A stretch of DNA of 64,000 bases, taken from contig NC_043017.1 of NCBI RefSeq assembly GCF_006345805.1, positions 26,598,001 through 26,662,000 of the forward strand, in the 5' to 3' direction. This DNA is from Octopus sinensis. Lineage: Eukaryota. A program made the position numbers and the translations under genes. Shown piece by piece: positions 38,560-50,583 of the stretch (positions are counted from its first letter, which is position 1; each line of letters starts with the position of its first letter). The notes under the pieces were generated by a model. That model had not been told where the DNA came from. It was given only the letters and a program-made list of their open reading frames with translations, and made no database searches.

Positions 38560-39410
38560 CTTTTACCTGCAATTTGAAATACTACCAAGATCAACATCCT
38601 CGTGGCAGACTTAGTTAGAGTAATGAGGACCGCATCCCCATTATGTCAGCCACAAGAACAACGAGAACACATCCAGCGCTACATATTCCGAATGCAACGT
38701 TCCGGTTACACACAGTACGATAGAATCAGAGTGTACAAAGGAGCGAAACTAAGATTCGAATGCATTCTAAGAGATAACGAAATGGCATATGTCTCTTATA
38801 CCGTAAAAAGTTCTGGAATAGGTTCGCGAGGGACACCAGCAAAAGTAATAAAAATAACACTTGGTATCATAACAAGAGGTTTCACAGTGTAATGTTTGTT
38901 GACGCTACACCTTGGGACGAATTAAGTAGGGTTTTTAAGAAAATCCTGCGCACAACTGGCCTTAAGATCAAATTTGTAGAAAAGTCAGGTAGGACTATCA
39001 AACCTGTATTAACTAAACCATACCCATATGATAGAATCATGTGTCAGACTAATTGTGAAGTATGTTCTACAATCTCATATATGAACAGCAAAAAGAAAAA
39101 AAAACGCTGTATACTAGATCAGGAAGTGACTTGCTCGATTATCCCTGAGTCATATATTGGTGAGATTTCTAGGAGTATCAATGATAGGTTCAAAGAATAC
39201 CTGGACCACTACAATGAAAAGAAACCAAACTTCATCTTCTATCAGCATGCTGTAGACTGTCACAATGGCTCCTTAAGTAGACTTAAGTTAAAATCTTTTC
39301 TACATATCACACTGATGCAATGCTGAGACAAGTCACTGAAGCTCTGAAGCTCTCTGTATACAAGAATACAAACTCACTCTCAACCGTAAATCCGAATTGG
39401 GTAACCAAGG
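38560..39410 (+). mobile_element. Penelope-like retroelement relic (RT thumb, linker, GIY-YIG endonuclease)
   Basis: Frameshifted ORFs: LVRVMR...RMQRSGY; MFVDATP...VEKSG; Cys linker CQTNCEVC; YIGEISRSINDRFKEY...HAVDCH, matching GIY-YIG YIGETxR...RxxEH. Confidence 0.85.
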
Positions 39411-39540
39411 TTTCGTTCGGGCATGCCTATCTATGATCACCCTTTCTCTCATTTACATGTAGAAATCTATATATGCATGTTGAGATGCACAAAACTGAAA
39501 TATATATATATATATATACATATATATATAAATATATAAA

Positions 39541-39742
39541 GTTAATCCAAACAAGAAAGCACAAAAAAACACAACAACGCGAGGACGTGGAACAAATATA
39601 GTATTATTGGACGCTCAGGAAAGAAGGAAAGAAGGATGGTTTAACGTTTCGAGTGGAGCTCTTCGTCAGAAACATGGGAGAAGGAAAGATCCAGAGTCGG
39701 GAAGAAAGAGAGAAAAAAAACCGCCAGCGGTACACACGCGGT
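39541..39742 (-). mobile_element. Family H2 repeat
   Basis: Reverse complement of 11312-11498; abuts (TA)n. Confidence 0.82.
39639..39673 (-). ncRNA. Minimal hammerhead motif with canonical CUGACGA core
   Basis: Minus strand GTTT-CTGACGA-A-GAG-CTCCA-CTC-GAAA-CG-TT-AAAC. Confidence 0.72.
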
Positions 39743-39804
39743 AAAATTTTGAATAAATCGGTGCATCAGCATGGCCGCAGCTCTGAGCTGAAACTAGAGA
39801 AAAA

Positions 39805-39852
<48 letters not shown>

Positions 39853-40659
39853 TTATATATAATTGTAGCACAGAATTTAGTCAGCGAAGATGTCGCGGTC
39901 TCAAAGCGATGAAAATATTTCGACAAATTAAATTTGAACATCGAAGGAAATCTAACGGTATTTGTGCGTTTTTAAATGACTTATAAACATCTTCCACGCA
40001 GCAATTATATTTAAATGCATTTTCACTATTAATGTAACTCATTCAACATTTGAGCAACACCTCGCTTCATAGATTAGCTCTTGCGGTCTTTGGCCCTGCT
40101 GTGCAAAATAATGATCATAATTCTGAAAATTGTCGTTCTTTCGTAAGTTATACACTGCAAGGAAGTAGTCTTTTTGAAGTTCCTGCCAGCTACGTGTAGA
40201 GATGACAGGCAATTTTTAAAAGGTTGTGAAGCATTTTGATGATTGCCCCGCTGTCTAATTGGAAGCGGAAAACATAGGGAGATGTATGTCTCTGGTGACC
40301 TTGGCGGAACTGGTTGTGTGGGGCATGAGATAGAAAGGATAGATTTTCTCCTTCTTCATTGTCCAAACTACACTTCAATTTTGAAGGTTCTAGATTTATT
40401 CATAAATAATGACCGAAAAATATTTTTAATACTGATTGAGAGCAGCGAGCATGATCTCAGTGAACATACCTGCTGTGAGGAAATACTTGTTCTTCGGAGC
40501 ACATTTTGGAGAAATACCCTACTTAAGGATCAGATTCATCTCAATTTAATGGGAATTCTTCGACTTACACTCGGCGACTAAATTATTTTCATGAAATTTC
40601 CATTTTATTACTCGTATGTATCTTATTTAAACTTTCTCTTTATTTAATCCTCTACCGTA

Positions 40660-41018
40660 GGCGTAGGAGTGGCTGTGTGGTAAGTAGCTTGCTTACGAAC
40701 CACATGGTTCCGCGTTCAGTCCCACTGCGTGGCATCTTGGCCTAGTGTCTTCTTACATAGCTTCTGATCGACAAAAGCCTTTTGGATTTGGTAGACGGAA
40801 ACTGGAAGAAGCCCGTCGTATATATATATATATATATATATGCGTGTGTGTGTGTGTTTGTCCCCCCAACATATCGCTTGACAACCGATGCTGGTTGTAA
40901 GTACTAGGCTTACATAGAATAAGTCCCGGGGTCCATTTTCTCGGCTAAAAGCGGTGTTCCAGCATGGCCACAGTCACGTGATTGAAACAAGTAAAAGAGT
41001 AAAAGAAAGTAAAGAGAG
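40660..41018 (+). mobile_element. SINE family A (internal deletion)
   Basis: Matches the other copies. Confidence 0.9.
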
Positions 41019-42140
41019 TGTACTGTTCTCGATATATCCGTCTAAATCTGTTTCATAAGAAGTATTTTCTACATTCTTTTTTTACATCATCATGACCATC
41101 ATCATCATTACCACAAAGACCATCACCACCACCACCACCACAACCACAACCACCAAGACCACCACCACCACCACCACTTCGACTACTATCATCATCGTCT
41201 TTTTGGGGATTTTTTCATACTTTGTTGACAGATTCTAACTACAGATAAAGCTTACGTTTGCGCCCACACGAATGCACTGCCATATATTTGAAAGGAAATT
41301 TCCTTATACCTAGTGAGATGATTATTTTAAGTGGCATACTACATGTGTTATTTTTATTCAAATCTAAATACCAATGAAATGGTAGAAAACCTATACTCTG
41401 AAAACTGAGCAAGATGCCTTGTTAAGCTTTGAATTTAACTTGTCTTTGTAACAGACTTACTACGCCAAAGTATAGAAAAATTCCTCCGTTATATCTGCTG
41501 TCGTTTTATTCTCCAATGTTTCACATAGTATACGGATAATTGATGATCCGCTTGTTTTTGCTATCGTGTGTTAGTTTTAGGTCCAGCGAGGTCCTTCATA
41601 GGGATCGGTTGATCAAATATATTTCTGCTGTGATGAGCCGTGCTTTTCTCTTACGCAGTGAGCTGTGGACTGCTTAACTAATATGCCGTTCAGTTCGGTT
41701 TTAAATACTATAATCTGTATTTTTCTTTAATATTTTCTTGCTATTTTGTAGCTGCCAAATAACCAGAATCTTATACAATTAAAGCAGGTTTGCCATCAAA
41801 GAATCGTTCAGGCGATTCCTTTAATATTCCGAAATACAGGACTAACATGAGTGAAATGTTATGACGAGGGCATTGCTGAAATATGGTATTTTTGTAACTC
41901 AAAAACAATGAATATCTTAATAATGGTTTCACTTCTTGCGACAAAGCCAGCAATTTCTGGATAAATGGTACGTCAATTTCATCGAACCTGCACTAAACAG
42001 GTTGTTATTTCATCGATCATGAAAAGATGAAGAGCAAAGTGAAATATAATATATAATATATATACCCACGGGCATATAGCGTCGAGATTAAGAGCGCGGA
42101 CTACTAACCGCAAGATTCTGAGTTCGATTCCGGGCAGTGA

Positions 42141-42222
<82 letters not shown>

Positions 42223-42237
42223 AAGAAGAAGACGAAG

Positions 42238-42626
42238 AAGAAAATATAAAGACCTACTCATTGAAATTGAGAAAATGTGGCATCTCAAGGCGGTTACAAT
42301 ACCAGTGATCGTAGGAGCACTAGGAATGATCAAGAAGGGAACCGAAAATTATATGAGAATGATCCCTGGCTTACCATCCCTGCAAGAAGTGCAAAAGATT
42401 GTCTTAACTGGTACATCACACGTATTGAGAAGAGCATTGTCGATGTGAGAACTGTTGCTGCTCATGTATTTTAATTTAACATTAAAAAGAAAAATTTTAA
42501 AAAATGAACGAACTACTGAGTTTGGTTTAATGGCCTACCAATGTATACTATGAGTTTCTTTGCCCTAGGAGTCGGGAAGACACTCGGCAAGAAATGGAAG
42601 CAAATTTGAAAGAAGAAGAAAAAAAG
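42238..42626 (+). mobile_element. 5'-truncated R4/Dong-clade LINE 3' end
   Basis: KYKDLLIEIEKMWHLKAVTIPVIVGALGMIKKG...VQKIVLTGTSHVLRRALSM*; same family as 59831-60902; (TAA)n tail. Confidence 0.9.
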
Positions 42627-42632
42627 TAATAA

Positions 42633-42674
<42 letters not shown>

Positions 42675-42710
42675 TAATAATAATAATAATTGTAATAGCA
42701 ATAACAATAA

Positions 42711-42741
<31 letters not shown>

Positions 42742-42824
42742 AATAACAATAAAAATAACAACAACAACAACAGCAATACCGAAAAATACCTTACGAATGA
42801 GAACCAGGTTCAAAATTTCCCCAA

Positions 42825-42870
42825 GACACCTGATGAAGGCTGGAGGGTATATCAGCCGAAACGTTGTGTC
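42825..42870 (+). ncRNA. Intact minimal type I hammerhead ribozyme motif
   Basis: GACAC-CTGATGA-A-GGCTG-GAGGGTATAT-CAGCC-GAAA-CG-TT-GTGTC: perfect 5-bp stems I and II, loopless palindromic stem III, GUU triplet. Confidence 0.8.
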
Positions 42871-42974
42871 AACACCGAACAAGATGAGGACAAATATCCA
42901 TCAAATGTAAAAAATGTAAATAAGGTACATAATTCATAATCTCTTGAATATAGATCTGTATTAGAAATACAGAA

Positions 42975-43240
42975 GCTAAAAACGGACGAAATGCCGTTAG
43001 TCAATTCGCTTATTGTTCTAATGATTCACCAAGCTCAGCACCTTCATGAAAGGTATTAATATTAGTTTCAAATATTGGCACAGGTCCAGCAATTTAAAGG
43101 GTGGAGTAGATCGGTTACAACGACCCGAGTGTTCAACTGTTTCTTATTTTATCCACCCCGGAAGAACGAAAGTCAAAGTCAACCGCTGCGTAATTTGAAC
43201 TCAAAAAGCAAAGACGGGCGAAATGCCCCTGAGCATTTTA
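42975..43240 (-). mobile_element. Decayed SINE B-like pieces
   Basis: GACGAAATGCC, CAAAGTCAACC and AATTTGAACTCA motifs. Confidence 0.55.
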
Positions 43241-43440
43241 CATCTGTTTAGATAACTGATGGAATTAGATCGATCGGTGACGACACTGAAAACATTGTAA
43301 AAAAGCCTCATATTAGCAATATTTAGTGACAGCTACTCAGCAGATACGACTTAGACGGTTGTAGCTACATCGTTTTCTCAAATTAAAAAAGTTAGATGTG
43401 TCATAATTTGTGATTAGAATTCAAAGCGACAATAAATACA

Positions 43441-43990
43441 TATTTCTTTATTACGCACAAGGGGCTGAACGTAGAAGGGACAAACAAGGACAGACATAGG
43501 TATTAAGTCAATTACAGTGCGTAACTGGTGCTTAATTTTTCGATCCCGAAAGGATGACAGGCAAAGTCGACCTCGGCGGAATTTGAACTCAGAACGTAAC
43601 GACAGACGAAATAGGTATTTCTTTATTACCCACAAGGGGCTAAACACAGAGGGGACAGACACAGAGAGACATAGGTATTAAGTCAATTACAGTGCGTAAC
43701 TGGTGCTTAATTTTTCGAACCCGAAAGGATGACAGGCAAAGTCGACCTCGGCGGAATTTGAACTCAGAACGTAACGACAGACGAAATAGGTATTTCTTTA
43801 TTACCCACAAGGGGCTAAACACAGAGGGGACAGACACAGAGAGACATAGGTATTAAGTCGATTACATCGACCCCCTGTGCGTAACTGGTACTTAATTTAT
43901 CGACCCCGGCGTAATTTGAGCTCACAACGTAACGGCAGACGAAATACGGCTACACATATCACTCGGCGTGCTAACGCTTCTGCCACTCGC
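43441..43990 (-). mobile_element. SINE B tandem trimer inside one TSD
   Basis: Junctions at 43608-43621 and 43783-43796; TSD ACAATAAATACA at 43429-43440 and 43991-44002. Confidence 0.92.
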
Positions 43991-44556
43991 ACAATAAATA
44001 CAGCTGGATGTGAAACTCGTACACCAACAAAGAATAACATAGAATTGTTTTTGTTCCTCATCTAATTCTTTTCATTTTTTACCTATCTTTTTACCAAATG
44101 AAAACTATATAAAAGACAATGCATATAGCGTAGATATGATGCAACGATACATAAAAATTATATACGTATCCAAAGTAGAGAATTAAGAAGAAATGTTTGA
44201 TTAATTGTGCTGTTAGTATTTTAACTAGATGTAATATTCAACCTCGTTTAACAATAAGCGCTAAGTCGTCTGCTGTAAGATTTTGTTGTATTGTAAGTAT
44301 AGCCATTGTCTGAAAACAATTGTCTTCAATTCTTCGTGTATTCAGTGTTTGTGTCGCTAGTTCCTCCTTCACAATTCACTTCTATTCTTCTATCCAAACG
44401 CTTAATTTCTCTTTCTATCCAGTTGTTTACTAAATATGATCTTCTTTTTTATCCATGGACGTACTGGTCTGTTCATATGGGAATATATATATGTATCTAT
44501 ATATATATTAACCTGTATGTGCATACAATTATTCAAATGCAATACACACACACACA

Positions 44557-44815
44557 CATCATCATCATTGTTCAACCGTGGTCGAGACAATGGAATTTAC
44601 CATGCTACGCCAGACTTCACGGTCCATCATGGCATTACGGAGGTCCTGTTGCTGGATGCCTGTATCCCTGGAGATTACATCAGGGTAGGAGAGTGTGCGC
44701 CCTCTGGTATTGCAAGCAGATGGCTTCCAGAGGAGAAGAGTAGAAATTACCTCTTTTTCAGCTCTACAACAATGTCCAGCAATCTGGACTCTCTTACTTT
44801 TCACAAGAGATGACA
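44557..44815 (-). mobile_element. RTE-type LINE 3' end
   Basis: KRVQIAGHCCR...LLLWKP...YPDVISRDTG...AMMDREVWR, then stop and (TGA)n tail. Confidence 0.85.
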
Positions 44816-45042
44816 CATACACACACATATATACATATATACATAATTAAATAAATGCTTCCTTCACGAGTAATGCCAGGCTCATGAGGGCCGATTTATC
44901 GGTTTCATTCAATGGCGTACAAATTTCCTCAGCTGGATGGGTCGCCGATTCGCCAAAGGATTGCTCATTTGTGACAGCTGAGTGGCCTAACGAACGGGTA
45001 ATGAATTCATTTCACGCAACATATCTTTCAATTTATCCAACT

Positions 45043-45410
45043 AGGCACAAGAGTGGCTCTGTGGTAACTGGCTTGCTTACCAACCACATGGTTCCCGGTT
45101 CAATCTCATCGCATGGTACATTGGGCAAGTGTCTTCTATTATAGCCTCAGGTCAACCAAAGCGTTGTGAGTGGATTTGGTAGATGGAAACTGAAAGAAAC
45201 CCATCTTATATATATATATATATGTGTGTGTTAGTATGTATCTGTGTCTCTCCGCTCGACCATCGCTTGACAACCGATGCTACTATGTTTATGTCCCCGT
45301 AATCTAGCGGATCGTCACAAGAGACTGATAGAATAAGTACTAGGCTACAAATAATAAGTCTTGGCTTGGTTTGTTCGACTAACGCAGTAAAATGGCTAAA
45401 GCACATAAAA
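45043..45410 (+). mobile_element. SINE family A (diverged)
   Basis: Matches the other copies. Confidence 0.85.
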
Positions 45411-45710
45411 AACTAACAGAATATTTAGCTACCAACATCTATTTACTAATTTGTCTGTCTGTGTGTCTGTTTCTCTCTTTCTCTCTCTCTCTCTATCTCC
45501 CTTTCTCTGATATAAAGGTAAAAAGAGATTTTCTATATGACGCTGTACTTATAACCATTTCTGTTTGATACAAATATACTTATATACATAAGTACATATG
45601 CATATATTTATATACATGTATTTGTGTGTGTGTGTGTATGCGTGTATACGTGAGGGTGTCTTTATATGAGGGTGTGTATATTTGTTGCCTATTTGTGAGT
45701 ATAAGGAATA

Positions 45711-46124
45711 TATTTCTTTACTACCAACAAGGTGCTAAACGTAGAGGGGACAAACAAAGACAGACAAAGGGATTAAGTCGATTATATCGACCTCAGTACG
45801 CAACTGGTACTGTATTTATCGACCCCGAAAGGGATGAAAGGCAAAGTCGACCTCGGCGTAATTAACTGTAAGTGTGACGTTCAGAAATTCCTATTTCTTT
45901 AATACCCCCAAGGGGCTAAACACAAAGGAGACAAACAAAGGCAAAGAGACGGATCAAGTCGATTATATCGACCCCAGTGCGTAACTGGTACTTAATTTAT
46001 CAACCCCGAAAGGATGAAAGGCAAAGTCAACCTCGACGGAAATTGAACTCAGAACGTAACGACAGACGAAATACCGCTAAGCGTTTCACCCGGCGCGCTA
46101 ACGTTTCTGCCAGCTCGCCGCCTT
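45711..46124 (-). mobile_element. Two adjacent SINE B units, one with the 30-bp extension
   Basis: Units at about 45711-45860 and 45860-46124. Confidence 0.88.
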
Positions 46125-46703
46125 TTAACACCGAACGTCGAGGCAAACGAAATACCTGTGTGTATAAGGAATAGTGCTAGCAATGTTGAATTTTATACTC
46201 GCAAAGATGTACGCATCTATTATATATATATTTGTCCGCCTGTTTGTGATTGTGTGTTCGAGTGTTTTGCTCCTGTTAAACGTATACATATGCGTTTTTA
46301 TACGCATTACACATTATATGAATGAATATGTTTCCAGCCTATTTTAGAAAATTTTACTAAAATGAAAATATAACGAGCTGCTAATAACTATAACTTAGTG
46401 CTTTATTCAACGTAGAGTAATAAAAATGCCGAAATTTATGATGTCATTACGATAAACGATTTTACACAGCCGACTAAAGACGCTTTACGCAATGATTTAA
46501 TCTCCAATAAATGGTTTATATCGCTAGTACTATATTTATATGTATATATGCAAGTATATATAAAGCACAAGAGATGTGAGGCCTACTCACGCCCAAAATA
46601 CAAGCAAGTACGCGTACACACAGACGGACAAACGCACGCACTCACACACTTTCAGACGAACAAACATGTGATAAGCATACTTCTTGAAACGATGAATGTG
46701 TTG

Positions 46704-46868
46704 AAGGCGGTGAGCTAGCAGAATCGTTAGCACGCCGGGCGAAATGCGAAGCAGTATTTCGTCTGCCGCTACGCTTTGAGGTAAAATTCCGCCGAGCTCG
46801 ACTTTGCCTTTCATCCTTACGGGGTCGATTAAATAAGTACCAGTTACGCGCATGGGTCGATACAATTC
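46704..46868 (+). mobile_element. SINE B lacking its 3' end
   Basis: Head and core present. Confidence 0.85.
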
Positions 46869-46988
46869 GTCTAAACTTTAAGTGACCCATTTTTGGTGGT
46901 TCTACGATTTGTTGGCTAGGAGGAGATGTGCCGGGAAGTTAAACGCACAGACACACACACAGATACACACACAGACACACAATTTGAT

Positions 46989-47087
<99 letters not shown>

Positions 47088-47371
47088 TATATATATGTAT
47101 AACTTATCGCTCTATGGGTGTATGCGTCCGCACGTGTGTGTGTACGTGTAAATGCAAGCAATAAGGATGTACTAATGTCTGCATGTTTGTGAATGAGCGT
47201 TTTCTTTAAATGTACCTGTATATGTCTGGATAGGGGATTTTTACACTAGCACATTGGTTGGAGGACGAGTCACATATCAGGTAAATCCGTCATGAAGTTC
47301 CAATGAAATTTCTTTCCAATTTTCATTAGTAACTCCATTGCATGTGCCCTCCGAGATATATCTATTTTAGC

Positions 47372-47757
47372 TCGTTTCAGTTTCAACGTTTACTTGTTCA
47401 GCCTCCGCCACATACTGGGGCATCGTCTTGGGGAAATTTTGGTCACACTCATCGACCCTAGAAAATATTTTCTTTTGCAGCCTATCACTTATTCGATTGC
47501 TATTTCTTGCCGAACAGTAAGTATAGCAATACGTAAACACGCCAACGCAGATTATGAAGCGGTGTTGGGGGACAACCACAGCCACAATAGCACAGTTACA
47601 TGCGAACACACGTATATATTATATGAATGTTTACAGAAGCCTTTGGTAGGCCCAAGGCTATAGTAAAATGCACTCAGCGAAAGTTCCACGCAGTAGGAGT
47701 GAACCCGAACATTGTGATTGGAAACAAAGCTTCTTACTACACAATCATACTTACGCT
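47372..47757 (-). mobile_element. Decayed SINE A
   Basis: GTTTCAGT, TTGCCGAAC and CCACGCAGTAGGAGTGAACCCG motifs. Confidence 0.7.
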
Positions 47758-47890
47758 TACATATATGTATATATTTCAAACAGAGCCCCTTCATGCAATT
47801 GCCGAATTTTCGGAACTCTTATGCCTCTGCATTGAATAAAGCACTAAATTATAGTTAGTAATCATTATATTTTCATTTTATAAAGATATT

Positions 47891-48222
47891 CTAGAATAGA
47901 CTCAAAGCACACATTGAGGTAAGGCTTATGGAGACGTTTTGGGGCGTCAGATAAAACATAGCGGAAAATTCTATCGGCTCTGTTCGAATCTTGCTAGGAA
48001 TAGGCTCAAAGCAATTTCGTATACCTTAGGGTAAGGATTATAGAAGCGTTTTGGGCGTCAGGTAAAACACATAACGGAATTTCTATCGGCTCTGTTCGAA
48101 TCTCGCTAGGATTAGGCTCAAAGCAATTTCGTATACATTAGGGTAAGGTTTCTAGAAGCGTTTTGGGCGTCAGATAGATCACATAGCGGAATGTTTATAT
48201 GCTCTGCTCGAATCTCGTTCAA
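47891..48222 (+). repeat. 112-bp tandem repeat, about 3 copies, probably from an old SINE head
   Basis: GGGTAAGG at 48029 and 48141; each unit has G(T/C)TCGAATC. Confidence 0.85.
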
Positions 48223-48892
48223 GTTAACTTTCAATTTCAGATCGGTAAAATAAACTAGCTATCTGGTGCTGCAGCCAGTGATATAAACCTAAACCGCCAC
48301 TCAAATAATTCACTTTGTATCAAAATAAGGAGGACTATTAAATGTATTTACTTCTATATCAATAATGCAGTTCTGATTGCCTTGATACTTTCTGGAAGCT
48401 ATGTCAGGGTCGTTGATCTAAATGTCAATACTGTGTCATAGATGTATTTCCCTTAAAAAAAGGTAAGTGAATTTTTGTGAGGAAATTTCTCAGAGAGAGA
48501 TCTTAGAAACACTCCCGCAGGCTGCAACTATTACAATCAAGTGCAAATAATAATAAAAGGAAACCAAAAAAAAAAGAAAAAAATGAAAAACAATTAAAAT
48601 TTGTAACATAAATTTGAAAGCCAAGCACTTGACCTACTCATGCGTTTCAGAAATGAAAACAAACAAAAATAATTTAAAAATTAGGAAAACTAAACGTTGA
48701 TGTTAATGGCGTAAACGCAACACTAACGTTTGCATCATTAACAATAACAAGAAAAATTAAAATGAAAATCAGAAAAAAAGAAAATATAATGCCTCGAATA
48801 CAGATAATACAAGAAGCATTCGTATAACTAATGGCGCAACAGCGCCACCTCTATAAGAACTACTAATAATAATGCTAATAACTGCAAGTAAT

Positions 48893-49014
48893 TCATCATC
48901 ATTCTCATCCGCATCATCATCATCACCATCAGAGTCAGCATCATCGCCATAACCCTCGTCATTAATATCATTCTCCTTCTTCTTCTTCTTCTTCTTTTAC
49001 TTCTTTTCCTTCTC

Positions 49015-49055
<41 letters not shown>

Positions 49056-49258
49056 TATTATTATTATTATTATAATTATTATTATTATTATTCCCATCAT
49101 CATCATCATCATCGTCATTATTATCATCATCATCATCATCGTCATTATCACCATCATCATTATCATCATCATCGTCATATTCATAATCAGCATCATCATT
49201 ATAACCATCCTCATCATCATCCTCATCATCATTACTATCATCATCACATCATTACCAC

Positions 49259-49299
<41 letters not shown>

Positions 49300-49650
49300 C
49301 ATCGTCATCATCATATTCATCATGATCATGATCATCATCATCATCATCATCATCATATTCATCATCATCATCATCATCATCATCAACATCGTCATCATCA
49401 TCAACATCATCCTCATCATCGACATAGTTGTTGTGAACGTTAATTATGACGATGATATTTAAAAAAAATATATAGCAAAGAAAAAGAAAAAAAACGAATT
49501 AGGAAAAGAAGAAAATAAGGGGAGAAACGATCCGAGCCGATAGAAGAAGAAAATGACGAAAAGAATATGGTTTGATGTTGTTGATGATGATGACGACGAT
49601 GATGACGACGATGATGATGATGACGACGACGATGACGTCAATGACGATGT
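48893..49650. repeat. Compound (CAT)n/(AAT)n/(GAT)n microsatellite
   Basis: Visible. Confidence 0.95.
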
Positions 49651-50113
49651 TGATACTCAAACAGAAGAATACCGTGCCAAAGAAGAAGAAGAACCAAAAA
49701 AAAATGAAAATAATACGAAATAACATGGAATAGAGCACTACATGAATGAATAAATACTAAATATTGACCATTAAAATCTTACTGACATTTTTATGTAAAA
49801 TTCATGTAAATTTCTATGAATATAATTACAAGTTTCGTATCCCATCATGCTCTGTTAGAGATGTTTGTAACAAACATCTTGGCACTGTTTACACGGAAAT
49901 TTAACGTTCCCCTCCTCTACTGTGTATTGATTAGAAATTGATAAGAGCTATGGTACATAGGGAACTGCATTGGGTTCATGGGAAAGCTTTTAATGTGAAC
50001 TACAAATATACATTAAAGATTTGGAAAACACCCACATACGCACACACAAACACATATTCATTAATTCACACACACATACACACTGAAACACACGCACACA
50101 CTCACAGAGCGCT

Positions 50114-50155
<42 letters not shown>

Positions 50156-50164
50156 ATATATATG

Positions 50165-50262
<98 letters not shown>

Positions 50263-50453
50263 GTATGTATATATATATATATGTATATGTATCTGAATGA
50301 TTACGTATAGTTGTATACATATATATGTGTGTACGAGCATGTGCGTGTGTAAGTGTGTGAGCCTGCATAGATGCACTCACATAAACACAAACAGAAGCAT
50401 AGATATAGACGCATGCATGTATATGTATATATGTATATATATATATATATAAT

Positions 50454-50540
<87 letters not shown>

Positions 50541-50547
50541 ATATTAT

Positions 50548-50583
<36 letters not shown>

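Larger units (their letters stand above)
42070..42960 (+). mobile_element. tRNA-head/hammerhead retroposon (family H3), interrupted by a Dong LINE in its (AAT)n
   Basis: tRNA-like head 42070-42143 with B box GTTCGATTCC at 42122; body 42778-42960 homologous to 5820-5994. Confidence 0.78.

Noticed and set aside
40243-40581. ORF with CVGHEIERIDFLLLHCPNY, resembling a LINE zinc knuckle
   Set aside because: Key Cys and His positions are missing; too weak to call
42070-42143. Functional tRNA gene
   Set aside because: Acceptor and D stems do not pair well; it is the head of a repeat
47891-48222. CRISPR-like or tRNA gene array
   Set aside because: Whole units repeat with no unique spacers and no cloverleaf; eukaryotic context
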